This document shows positions 1-7,332 of a DNA stretch of 32,000 nt, piece after piece (positions within the stretch are counted from its first letter, which is position 1; each line of letters begins with the position of its first letter). This stretch comes from Candidatus Saccharimonas aalborgensis (GTDB taxonomy: Bacteria > Patescibacteriota > Saccharimonadia > Saccharimonadales > Saccharimonadaceae), in the NCBI RefSeq assembly GCF_000392435.1, contig NC_021219.1:300001-332000 (forward strand), written 5' to 3'. The position numbers and the translations under genes were made by a program. Under the pieces are notes generated by a model. It ran no database searches and was not told the DNA's origin. It saw only the letters and a list, made by a program, of their open reading frames with translations.

Positions 1-780
1 GTATGGCTTATAGGCATAATTAAAAGGTGGAACATAGCGGTCGCTTAATAATGAATCATAATCGAAGTGTGTTTCATCCGTCTTAAGTTCTCTCCCGCTA
101 TCGGGTAGCAGAGAGATACTAATCTTTGAACTGTCCACATTACTATTAGCGGTCAATTCATAGTTGAGAGTTAATCGTTGATTATTTGCAATGTATTTAT
201 TAATAGAGGTGCGTGAATCGTTTCTCCACTCACAATACCGCCTAGTGGGGTGGTCTTTTTCCCACTTTTCTTCATCATGGAACACCCATTTGCCAGTAGC
301 CTCATTGAAATAATCTTCTGGTTGATTGTTATCTTCTGGGTATTTAGAACAATCCTCACTTACGCCCAAGTCTCCGTATCTGCTGACCTTATCTTGTGGA
401 ACATTAATCTCTACAGTTTTAAACGAAGGTTCTTTTATAGATAGCGTAAAGTCTGAAAAATTAATTACATCACTAGTGCTATAAATCTTATCGTTTAGAT
501 GTTGCTGGTACTTGTTGTAGGTAAAGAATCCGCCAGATACTAGCAGGAGTAGCAGGACTGGTAATACAAGCCATTTAATGGACTTCTTGCCCTTAGACCT
601 AACTACGTTTACTGCAAAAAACGTATAAGCAGATAGTAAGATAATTGAACCCATAATCAGAGACAAGCCAATAGTGCTAGATGGGTCAATGAAGAAAGAT
701 GGTATCAGAATACCTAATACAAGAATAGTTAATCCTATAACTACTAGGTGTACGGGTTTGATGCTTAGTTTTTTACTCAT
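1..780 (-). CDS. Hypothetical membrane-anchored protein, 3' end off the left edge (absent from the supplied ORF track)
   Basis: Minus-strand frame from ATG at 780 is open for 260 codons to base 1: MSKKLSIKPVHLVVIGLTILVLGILIPSFFIDPSSTIGLSLIMGSIILLSAYTFFAVNVVRSKGKKSIKWLVLPVLLLLLVSGGFFTYNKYQQ... Several hydrophobic helices then a soluble region; AAGGAG SD 9 nt upstream of ATG. Confidence 0.8.
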   Translation of the reverse strand, partial: MSKKLSIKPVHLVVIGLTILVLGILIPSFFIDPSSTIGLSLIMGSIILLSAYTFFAVNVVRSKGKKSIKWLVLPVLLLLLVSGGFFTYNKYQQHLNDKIYSTSDVINFSDFTLSIKEPSFKTVEINVPQDKVSRYGDLGVSEDCSKYPEDNNQPEDYFNEATGKWVFHDEEKWEKDHPTRRYCEWRNDSRTSINKYIANNQRLTLNYELTANSNVDSSKISISLLPDSGRELKTDETHFDYDSLLSDRYVPPFNYAYKPY

Positions 781-804
781 TTGTTTTGACTCCTTAAATA
801 AAAA

Positions 805-932
805 GCGACAACTCGCTAGGTTGTCTAGGCCAAACACAAAGAGCTGAGCTCCTGAGTCTTTCACGAGTTGCCGCATTTATAGCTCAACTACGTGTGAGAA
901 CTCACACCATTCTTTGTGTATAACCTAGACAA
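805..932 (-). ncRNA. Structured 5' UTR / riboswitch-like RNA candidate upstream of the 1..780 gene, class not recognised
   Basis: Read on minus: arms 932-911 and 842-821 pair over 22 positions (one U.U, two G.U); hairpin GUGUGAGUUCUCACAC (907-892); stem GUUGAGCU/AGCUCAGC (888-881 with 850-843); possible pseudoknot CAACUCG (870-864) with CGAGUUG (815-809). Confidence 0.55.
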
Positions 933-937
933 TTACA

Positions 938-965
938 ATTGTACAACATACCCCTCAAAACGCAA
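938..965 (-). promoter_or_regulatory. Putative sigma70-type promoter for the minus-strand structured RNA and membrane protein
   Basis: Minus strand TTGCGT (965-960) - 16 nt - TACAAT (943-938), extended TG nearby; predicted TSS ~931-932, the first base of the long stem. Confidence 0.5.
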
Positions 966-1152
966 AACAGGCGTTCTAAAATAAAAGATGACTATCTACC
1001 CATTTCAACAATAAAAACGTCTAATTCGATTCAGGCTCAGGGGTGTTTCTTGCAATGTTGGGTATTCTAGCAGGGTCTATTTACTAGCATGAAAACATTG
1101 ACAATTCAATACTATTGTTGTCTATACTACAACATATTTTAGCATAAGCCTA

Positions 1153-1181
1153 TTGACTTTTAGCCTCAAGTTTGATATAAT
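1153..1181 (+). promoter_or_regulatory. Near-consensus promoter TTGACT-N17-TATAAT
   Basis: TTGACT 1153-1158, TATAAT 1176-1181, spacing 17. Confidence 0.65.
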
Positions 1182-1187
1182 ACCAGC

Positions 1188-1281
1188 ATAGTAAACGAAG
1201 CAATTTCGTAGACCACTCGGTCAAGTTCTATACTCACAATTAGCCCATCTAGGTGAATCACCTCGAATCGGGCATTTTTTA
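1188..1281 (+). ncRNA. Candidate small RNA with intrinsic terminator
   Basis: Starts at predicted TSS of the 1153-1181 promoter; stem-loops ACGAA-gcaat-TTCGT (1195-1209), GACC-actc-GGTC (1211-1222), and GCCC...AGGTGA-a-TCACCT...GGGC (1243-1273) followed by ATTTTTTATTTT. Confidence 0.45.
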
Positions 1282-1397
1282 TTTTCAGCGAGTTTGCGTC
1301 TCGTTTGTGGGATTTGCTATATCAAAATATCTAATAACAACCATAAAGCATGCCTCAATATGCAGGTGTCAATTTGGTGTGGTCGAAAGGAATAAGA

Positions 1398-1523
1398 ATG
1401 ACCAACCAACAACCAGAAGATGAGCGTATAACACTCACAGAGATGTTAGAGATTATCTTCACAACCATACGGGAATACGAAGGCGAAACTGGTATTTTCC
1501 GAAACCATAATAAGAAGCAGTAG
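1398..1523 (+). CDS. Small hypothetical protein (41 aa)
   Basis: MTNQQPEDERITLTEMLEIIFTTIREYEGETGIFRNHNKKQ; AAAGGAA SD-like sequence upstream; directly 5' of recombinase module. Confidence 0.4.
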   Translation: MTNQQPEDERITLTEMLEIIFTTIREYEGETGIFRNHNKKQ

Positions 1524-1528
1524 CTCGC

Positions 1529-1669
1529 ATGAATGGTGATATAGTGAGCCGTTATTTTGACGGTAATGTGCAGGATTTGAAGAAGTCCAAGCCTAGCCAA
1601 GAAGCACTGGAACAAGCTAGGTTTTTTCTCTCACTTTTTAAGCATCAAAAGTTGATTTTACAGGGGTGA
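1529..1669 (+). CDS. Small hypothetical protein (46 aa)
   Basis: MNGDIVSRYFDGNVQDLKKSKPSQEALEQARFFLSLFKHQKLILQG; tightly follows the 1398..1523 ORF. No clear SD. Confidence 0.35.
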   Translation: MNGDIVSRYFDGNVQDLKKSKPSQEALEQARFFLSLFKHQKLILQG

Positions 1670-1809
1670 AAGAGTACAATTAGAAGTGCTACAATATAAT
1701 GACATTAGTTGAAGATACAGACGGCGGTTTCTGGTTTCCTGTCATTAGGATGTAGCACTAGGAGCCGCCGTTTGTGTATCTAAAACTAATTACAAGGAGT
1801 ATTAAAATA

Positions 1810-3411
1810 ATGAAAAACGACAATCAAAAAGTAAAGGCTATAGCACTCTGTCGAGTGTCTACGGTCAAGCAAGGTATTGAGGGGTCAAGCCTTGAAGCAC
1901 AAGAAACACGAGTTTATGACGCAGCAGCGTATTTTAACGCTGAGATAGTGAAGTTATGGAGCATTAAACAGTCTAGTCGCAAGGGTAAAAACTACCAACG
2001 CAAAGACCTTGTAGAGATGCTAGCCTACGCCAGAGCCGACAAGAAAGTACAGTACATTATCGTGGACGAACCAGACCGCTTTATGCGTGATATTGAGATG
2101 TATTATCACTGGAAGGTAGAGTTTAGGGAAAAGGCTGGAGCAAAGCTGGTATACGCTAAGAAGCCTCATCTTGCTGACGATACGAGTTTAGTCGGTACGA
2201 TGGAAGAAATGATTGATGTGTTTCGTGGTGAAGCAGCCAACCTAGAGCGTATTACTAAAACTACTAGCAACATGCAAGCTAGAGTTGCAGCTGGTTATTA
2301 CCCTAGCAACCCCAAGACTGGCTACATGCGTTCAGAAACACCAGGTCTACATGTACCCAAAGAACCAGAATGGTCAATTTTACGTTCTGGATTCTTACAG
2401 GTACTTGAGGGCATACCGATTAAAGATGTAGTGGCTGGTATTAACGCAGCTGGATACAGGCAAAAGACAGGTAAGTTTTTAGATACGCATCGTTTTAAGA
2501 TTATGCTCAATGACCCGTTCTATGCTGGCATAATTCAAATGTCTAGCTGGACGGTGAATCCTAACGGCTTACATAAGGCTATGATTACACCAGAACAGCA
2601 CGAGCAGCTAAAGAACATCGTTAAGGGTGTAGTTTATACGCCTCACAAGCAATACAATCCAGAGTTCCCCTTGTCTAAGATAATGACCTGCAAAGAATGT
2701 CTAGAAGAAGGTGCTAAGAACCCTAAAATAGTGGGCTATGTGAATAATAACGGCAGAGGCAACTATTACCAGCGATACAGGTGTAGGACTTGCAAGAAGA
2801 ACTACATACTACGCGATGACTTGCATGACGAGTTGGGCGATATACTAGCAGGCTTACGACTTGCAGAAGATAAGGTCAAAGACTTTTTAGCGGGTTTACG
2901 GCATGTCTGGGAGCAGGAGCAAGCTACATCATTCAACACAACTGAAGGTCTAAAAACTCGCCTATCCTCGTTAGAGAATGACAAGAAAACTGTAGTGTTA
3001 AAGCAAGCCCGTGGACAACTAGCAGATGACAGAGCTGATATAGCCATAGAAGCATTAGATGAAGATATTGCCACCATAAAACAGCAGATAGAATCTATAG
3101 CAACTGTTGAACAGGATTTTGTAGAGTTCGTAGAGTTTGCCCTTAATACAGTAGAGGGTTTTAGAGATAAGTTTTGGCAATTAGACCAAGAACATCAGGT
3201 CTGGTGTAAACAATTACTATTTCCTGATGGTTTTTCTGTTTCACGAACCAAAAAAGTTTACACTCCGAGCATTAGTGACTTCTACCTCTGTATAAATACA
3301 GAAAAGAGCCACGAAAATGACTCTTTTACTGCTGATTCTTCAATATGGTACACCCGGAAGGATTCGAACCTACGACCCTCTGTTCCGAAGACAGATGCTC
3401 TAATCCACTGA
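1810..3411 (+). CDS. Large serine site-specific recombinase (resolvase N-terminal domain + recombinase domain + zinc-ribbon)
   Basis: Catalytic-Ser motif CRVSTVKQ, VDEPDRFMRD block, zinc-ribbon CKEC...CRTC. ORF track begins at GTG 1774, but ATG 1810 has a good SD (AAGGAG). C-terminal residues YTRKDSNLRPSVPKTDALIH are antisense to the tRNA-Arg. Confidence 0.9.
   Translation: MKNDNQKVKAIALCRVSTVKQGIEGSSLEAQETRVYDAAAYFNAEIVKLWSIKQSSRKGKNYQRKDLVEMLAYARADKKVQYIIVDEPDRFMRDIEMYYHWKVEFREKAGAKLVYAKKPHLADDTSLVGTMEEMIDVFRGEAANLERITKTTSNMQARVAAGYYPSNPKTGYMRSETPGLHVPKEPEWSILRSGFLQVLEGIPIKDVVAGINAAGYRQKTGKFLDTHRFKIMLNDPFYAGIIQMSSWTVNPNGLHKAMITPEQHEQLKNIVKGVVYTPHKQYNPEFPLSKIMTCKECLEEGAKNPKIVGYVNNNGRGNYYQRYRCRTCKKNYILRDDLHDELGDILAGLRLAEDKVKDFLAGLRHVWEQEQATSFNTTEGLKTRLSSLENDKKTVVLKQARGQLADDRADIAIEALDEDIATIKQQIESIATVEQDFVEFVEFALNTVEGFRDKFWQLDQEHQVWCKQLLFPDGFSVSRTKKVYTPSISDFYLCINTEKSHENDSFTADSSIWYTRKDSNLRPSVPKTDALIH
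3302..3327 (-). terminator. Terminator-like hairpin of tRNA-Arg, lying inside the recombinase 3' coding end
   Basis: AAAAGAG...CTCTTTT stem; on the minus strand the T-rich arm lies downstream of the tRNA CCA end. Confidence 0.45.
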
Positions 3412-3422
3412 GCTACGGGTGC
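3346..3422 (-). tRNA. tRNA-Arg(TCG), CCA encoded
   Basis: Cloverleaf GCACCCG TA GCTC...GAGC A TCTGT CTTCGGA ACAGA ...GTAGG TTCGAAT CCTTC CGGGTGT ACCA; anticodon loop CTTCGGA. Confidence 0.93.
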
Positions 3423-3472
3423 ATACACTTGCTTTATTCTACCACAATTCTCTAGTGATATAATCAGACTGT

Positions 3473-4492
3473 ATGGAAATCCACACCAACATTCCGCTCA
3501 AAAATTTTGTCACCATGAGACTGGGCGGCAATGCACGTTTTATGACCGACGTGCGGTCAATTGACGAGATTATTGCCATTATCGATAGGGCAGCCGCCCA
3601 AAATTTGCCATTTTACATTCTCGGTGGCGGGAGCAATACAATTGTGCATGATGAGGGCTTCGATGGCATCGTCATTCGAAACCGTATCATGGGTCAAGAA
3701 ATACTCTCGGAGACACCATCTGAGGTCTCTATCAGGGTCGGTGCGGGCGAACAATGGGACGAGTTTGTCAAAAAAACCGTCGACATGCGCCTGACTGGTA
3801 TTGAAGCTTTGTCGGGTATTCCCGGGACGGTTGGCGCCGCACCGGTGCAAAATATTGGGGCCTACGGCCAAGAGGTCGCCGAGACGATCGTGTCGCTTGA
3901 TGCCTACGATACGCAATCAAAAACACTCGTCTCGCTCTCAAACGATGATTGCCGTTTTTCGTACCGCAACAGCATCTTTCGCGATACCGAAATGGTTCGC
4001 TACATCATCACATTTGTCACTTTCCGTCTCTATAAGAGCGCTCCGCAACCTCCCTTTTATGAGGCTGTTCAACGCTACCTTGATGAACACACCATCACTA
4101 TCTATACTCCCCAGGTCATTAGAGACGCCGTGCTCGCCATTCGAACGGATAAATTACCTGATCCGAAGCTAAAACCAAATAACGGTTCATTTTTCAAAAA
4201 TGCTATCATCGAAGACTGGCAGCTCACCGACTTGCGTGAAACGTACCCCGATATCCCTACCTATAATATGCCCGACGGTCGTTACAAGGTGCCGACGGGG
4301 TGGCTTATCGAACAGGCCGGCTTTAAAGGAAAATTACTCCACGGTATTCGCGTCCACGACAAAAACGCACTTGTTCTCATCAACGAATCCGCGACGAGTT
4401 TTGCGGACCTCGCCAGCGCACGCGACGAAATTGCCGGAAAAATTCGTGATACCTTTCGTATTCTTATCGAGCAAGAACCTCTCGAAATCTAG
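3473..4492 (+). CDS. murB: UDP-N-acetylenolpyruvoylglucosamine reductase
   Basis: NFVTMRLGGNARF, PFYILGGGSNTIVHDEGFDGIVIRN, GIPGTVGAAPVQNIGAYGQEV, PNNGSFFKNAII, AGFKG: MurB FAD-binding and catalytic motifs. Confidence 0.95.
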   Translation: MEIHTNIPLKNFVTMRLGGNARFMTDVRSIDEIIAIIDRAAAQNLPFYILGGGSNTIVHDEGFDGIVIRNRIMGQEILSETPSEVSIRVGAGEQWDEFVKKTVDMRLTGIEALSGIPGTVGAAPVQNIGAYGQEVAETIVSLDAYDTQSKTLVSLSNDDCRFSYRNSIFRDTEMVRYIITFVTFRLYKSAPQPPFYEAVQRYLDEHTITIYTPQVIRDAVLAIRTDKLPDPKLKPNNGSFFKNAIIEDWQLTDLRETYPDIPTYNMPDGRYKVPTGWLIEQAGFKGKLLHGIRVHDKNALVLINESATSFADLASARDEIAGKIRDTFRILIEQEPLEI

Positions 4493-4533
4493 CCATGCTT
4501 GCGTTCACCGCTCAAACCACTTATGCTAGTCAT

Positions 4534-5082
4534 ATGGCAGAGCGCCGTGGCTTTACTATTGTGGAATTGGTGATCGTGATGGTTATCATGGCGATCTTAT
4601 TGACCTTAACTATCAGCGGTGTTACAAGCGGTCAAGTCTCTGCACGTGATTCTGAGCGCAAGGCCGACGCCGAAAATATCGCCCGGGGCCTTGAGCGATA
4701 TTACAACGAAGTTGCTAAACCCTCTGTTGGGCGTACGGGTCGATATCCTGATCGCGCGACAGCGGTCACCGATATTGTGGCAAATAATGCACTTCCTGAT
4801 GTACCGAGTACCTCATTCGTTTTCTCTTTTAACCCCTCTGTCACTACCTTTCAAGTAGATCCAGACGCAACCGGTACAACGCCCGCAGAGGACACAGCCG
4901 ATCTCAGTCGAATCGACACCATGACGACGATTAATTACATTACCTACGTCCCCATTACCTGGTCAACGGCAAACAGTCGCTGGGAAATCTGCGGTTCAGA
5001 CGAAGAATGTACACGTTTCAATCTCTACTATAGAACCGAAAAAGATGGCGTGCTTCAAAAGATCGTGAGTAAACATCAATGA
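4534..5082 (+). CDS. Type IV prepilin-like protein
   Basis: MAERRG/FTIVELVIVMVIMAILLTLTI prepilin cleavage and N-terminal helix. Start chosen at 4534 rather than 4495: TTGCGT-N17-TATGCT-N6-ATG. Confidence 0.85.
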   Translation: MAERRGFTIVELVIVMVIMAILLTLTISGVTSGQVSARDSERKADAENIARGLERYYNEVAKPSVGRTGRYPDRATAVTDIVANNALPDVPSTSFVFSFNPSVTTFQVDPDATGTTPAEDTADLSRIDTMTTINYITYVPITWSTANSRWEICGSDEECTRFNLYYRTEKDGVLQKIVSKHQ

Positions 5083-5459
5083 CAAAAAAAAATACTGGGG
5101 GCTTTACTGCCATTGAGGCACTTATCACGCTCATGGTTGCTTCTGTATTTCTATTTGCGTTTTATCAACTATACTCAGTCGTTATCAACGATGCGGGAGC
5201 TTCTCGCAACCGAGCAAAGGCGAGCAATGCGGCCTATGAGCAGGTACGAAAAGCTGGTTATCAGACCTCTCGACCTTGTGTCGCCGTGGCATCATCAAAT
5301 GTTAGCATCCCCTCCGACCTTTCACTCCCCGCACCAGCGACAATGACCTCGGCAATTGACTGTCCTTACGGAGCGAGTGGTGTATCGCGTATCACCGTCA
5401 CAGTAACTTATGGAAGCCCCCAGGAGACAATTAAACATGTCGTATTCAAAAACAGCTAG
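5079..5459 (+). CDS. Minor prepilin-like protein
   Basis: MTKKNTGG/FTAIEALITLMVASVFLFAFYQL; overlaps previous stop by 4 nt. Confidence 0.75.
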   Translation: MTKKNTGGFTAIEALITLMVASVFLFAFYQLYSVVINDAGASRNRAKASNAAYEQVRKAGYQTSRPCVAVASSNVSIPSDLSLPAPATMTSAIDCPYGASGVSRITVTVTYGSPQETIKHVVFKNS

Positions 5460-6204
5460 CCAGCCTGGCTTCACGCTCGTTGAAATGCTCGTTGTTGCTC
5501 CGATTGTTATTTTGGTAGTAGGGGGAATTGTCGCACTCCTTATAGCTTTGGTTGGTGATGTATTGATAGCCCGTGAGCGAAACAGTATGGCTTACAATAC
5601 CCAAGACGCACTCAACCTCATTGAGCAAGATGTTAGATTATCTTCAAATATTCAAGCAACCACCGGCACACTCCCTAGTCCACAAGGCTCCGATAGCAAC
5701 GTAAGTGGCACGGCAGCGTTTCAGAGCAATTCCGCGCTGATACTTACCCTCTATGCAACAAATCTCAGCCCCACAGATCCAAATCGCCTTATTATAACCC
5801 TCAATACACCCTCGGCTTGCGGATCACCCAATGCAACTGCCAATACGCCCTTTACTTACACGGTAGTGTATTTTGTGTACAACAACTCTCTCTGGCGTCG
5901 TGTTATTGTGCCAGATTACAATACGAATAGTAGCAATACCATCTGCAACTCACCACCGTGGCAAAAAAACTCATGTCAGCCAGGCTATTCAGCCGCTCGA
6001 TGTAGCGTAGCCGATTCTAAGATTACTGAAAATGTCAGCTCGATCACATTAAGCTACTACAACGGATCAAGCACTACCGCTAATAGCACCGCTACCTCTG
6101 GTACTACTACAGCAACTCGCGTTACAATCAACTCATCCAAGACAGTGGCGGGACAATCAATTAGTCATAGCGTTGTTATGCGGGCGCTACGTATTAATAA
6201 TTAA
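5437..6204 (+). CDS. Minor prepilin-like protein (PilW/PulJ-type by appearance)
   Basis: MSYSKTASQPG/FTLVEMLVVAPIVILVVGGIVALLIALVGDVLIARERNSMAYNTQDALNLIEQDVR; start chosen inside ORF 5410..6204. Confidence 0.75.
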   Translation: MSYSKTASQPGFTLVEMLVVAPIVILVVGGIVALLIALVGDVLIARERNSMAYNTQDALNLIEQDVRLSSNIQATTGTLPSPQGSDSNVSGTAAFQSNSALILTLYATNLSPTDPNRLIITLNTPSACGSPNATANTPFTYTVVYFVYNNSLWRRVIVPDYNTNSSNTICNSPPWQKNSCQPGYSAARCSVADSKITENVSSITLSYYNGSSTTANSTATSGTTTATRVTINSSKTVAGQSISHSVVMRALRINN

Positions 6205-6282
6205 TGCTTGTGTTTATTTTTTTCTTGTAGTATCATACGTGGTATACAAGATAATTTATTACAAATTAGGGGGCAACTACCA

Positions 6283-6747
6283 ATGACTCAAAACATCAAC
6301 ACTAAGAATCGTGGTTTCACCATCGTCGAGCTTTTGATCGTGATCGTGATTATTGCTATTTTAGCGGCTATTACGATTGTTGCTTACAACGGTATTCAGA
6401 CTCGAGCAAAAGCTAGCGCCGTACAGGCAACTGTAAATACTGTCATCAAAAAGGCTGAATCAGCAAACGCTGTAGCAAATTCCTACCCACAAAATGCTGC
6501 GGGCTTCACAGCACAAAAAGACTCAGACATGACTGGATCTGGAGTAACTTTTGTGACTGCTGCTCCAACTTCCACTACAAATAGCCCAACATCTGTTGTT
6601 TATACACCGTGTACGGGTACTGCTGGTACTGGTGCCGTAATCACTTACTGGGACTATAACGCAAATGCAACTGCTACTAAATCAATAGGCCAGCCGACTG
6701 CAGCGGGTACTTGTGCAGCCGGTACTGCCTTTGCTCAGGTCTGGTAA
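6283..6747 (+). CDS. Type IV pilin-like protein (major-pilin-like)
   Basis: KNRG/FTIVELLIVIVIIAILAAITIVAYNGIQTRA; AGGGGG SD before ATG 6283; C-terminal Cys pair. Confidence 0.88.
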   Translation: MTQNINTKNRGFTIVELLIVIVIIAILAAITIVAYNGIQTRAKASAVQATVNTVIKKAESANAVANSYPQNAAGFTAQKDSDMTGSGVTFVTAAPTSTTNSPTSVVYTPCTGTAGTGAVITYWDYNANATATKSIGQPTAAGTCAAGTAFAQVW

Positions 6748-6761
6748 AGACAATGTACATT

Positions 6762-6801
6762 TTGGAAGGACTCATCATTGAGTCCTTCCAACTCCTTTTT
6801 T
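6762..6801 (+). terminator. Rho-independent terminator
   Basis: Perfect 13-bp stem TTGGAAGGACTCA-TCAT-TGAGTCCTTCCAA then CTCCTTTTTT. Confidence 0.9.
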
Positions 6802-6846
6802 AAAAGACAATGATTCAAGACTAGTACGAAAGGTTGCGGTTAATAT

Positions 6847-7332
6847 ATGATCATGAAAAAAAGCTCGGGGTTCACTATCGTCGAGCTTCTTATAGTAATA
6901 GTCGTGATTGCTATACTAGCTACAATTACTATAGTTGTCTATGGTAGCGTACAGAACCGAGCAAGATCATCTGCTGGACAATCCCAAGTAAACCATCTTG
7001 CAAAAAAGGTAGAATCATTTAACACCGTTAATAATACCTACCCGACCTACTGTCAACTTATCACGAATAGCTTATCGCCTACAGGAGCAGGCTCGGGAGT
7101 TGGCGTAGGTACCTGTGCTGCTGGTGGGTCCTCGGCTGGCCTTGAGTCAAAGATTGACACTCCTAATAGTATGAGTTCGACAGACGTCACCTCAACTACC
7201 GCAGCAAACGGTAGTGTTGTTACCTACAAGCGCTGTACAACCAATGGCGCAAAGGTTCGTTACTGGGACTATGCAGCTACTACGCCAGCACTTGTAGACA
7301 AGAATCTCGGTAATGTTACTACTTGTCCGTAG
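6847..7332 (+). CDS. Type IV pilin-like protein, paralogue of 6283..6747
   Basis: MIMKKSSG/FTIVELLIVIVVIAILATITIVVYGSVQNRA; shares the C(T)xxGxxVxYWDY C-terminal motif with the upstream pilin. Start could be 6853. Confidence 0.88.
   Translation: MIMKKSSGFTIVELLIVIVVIAILATITIVVYGSVQNRARSSAGQSQVNHLAKKVESFNTVNNTYPTYCQLITNSLSPTGAGSGVGVGTCAAGGSSAGLESKIDTPNSMSSTDVTSTTAANGSVVTYKRCTTNGAKVRYWDYAATTPALVDKNLGNVTTCP

Noticed and set aside
3346-3411. YTRKDSNLRPS C-terminus of the recombinase as a conserved protein domain
   Set aside because: It is antisense tRNA-Arg translated in frame; informative only about the junction, not about protein function.
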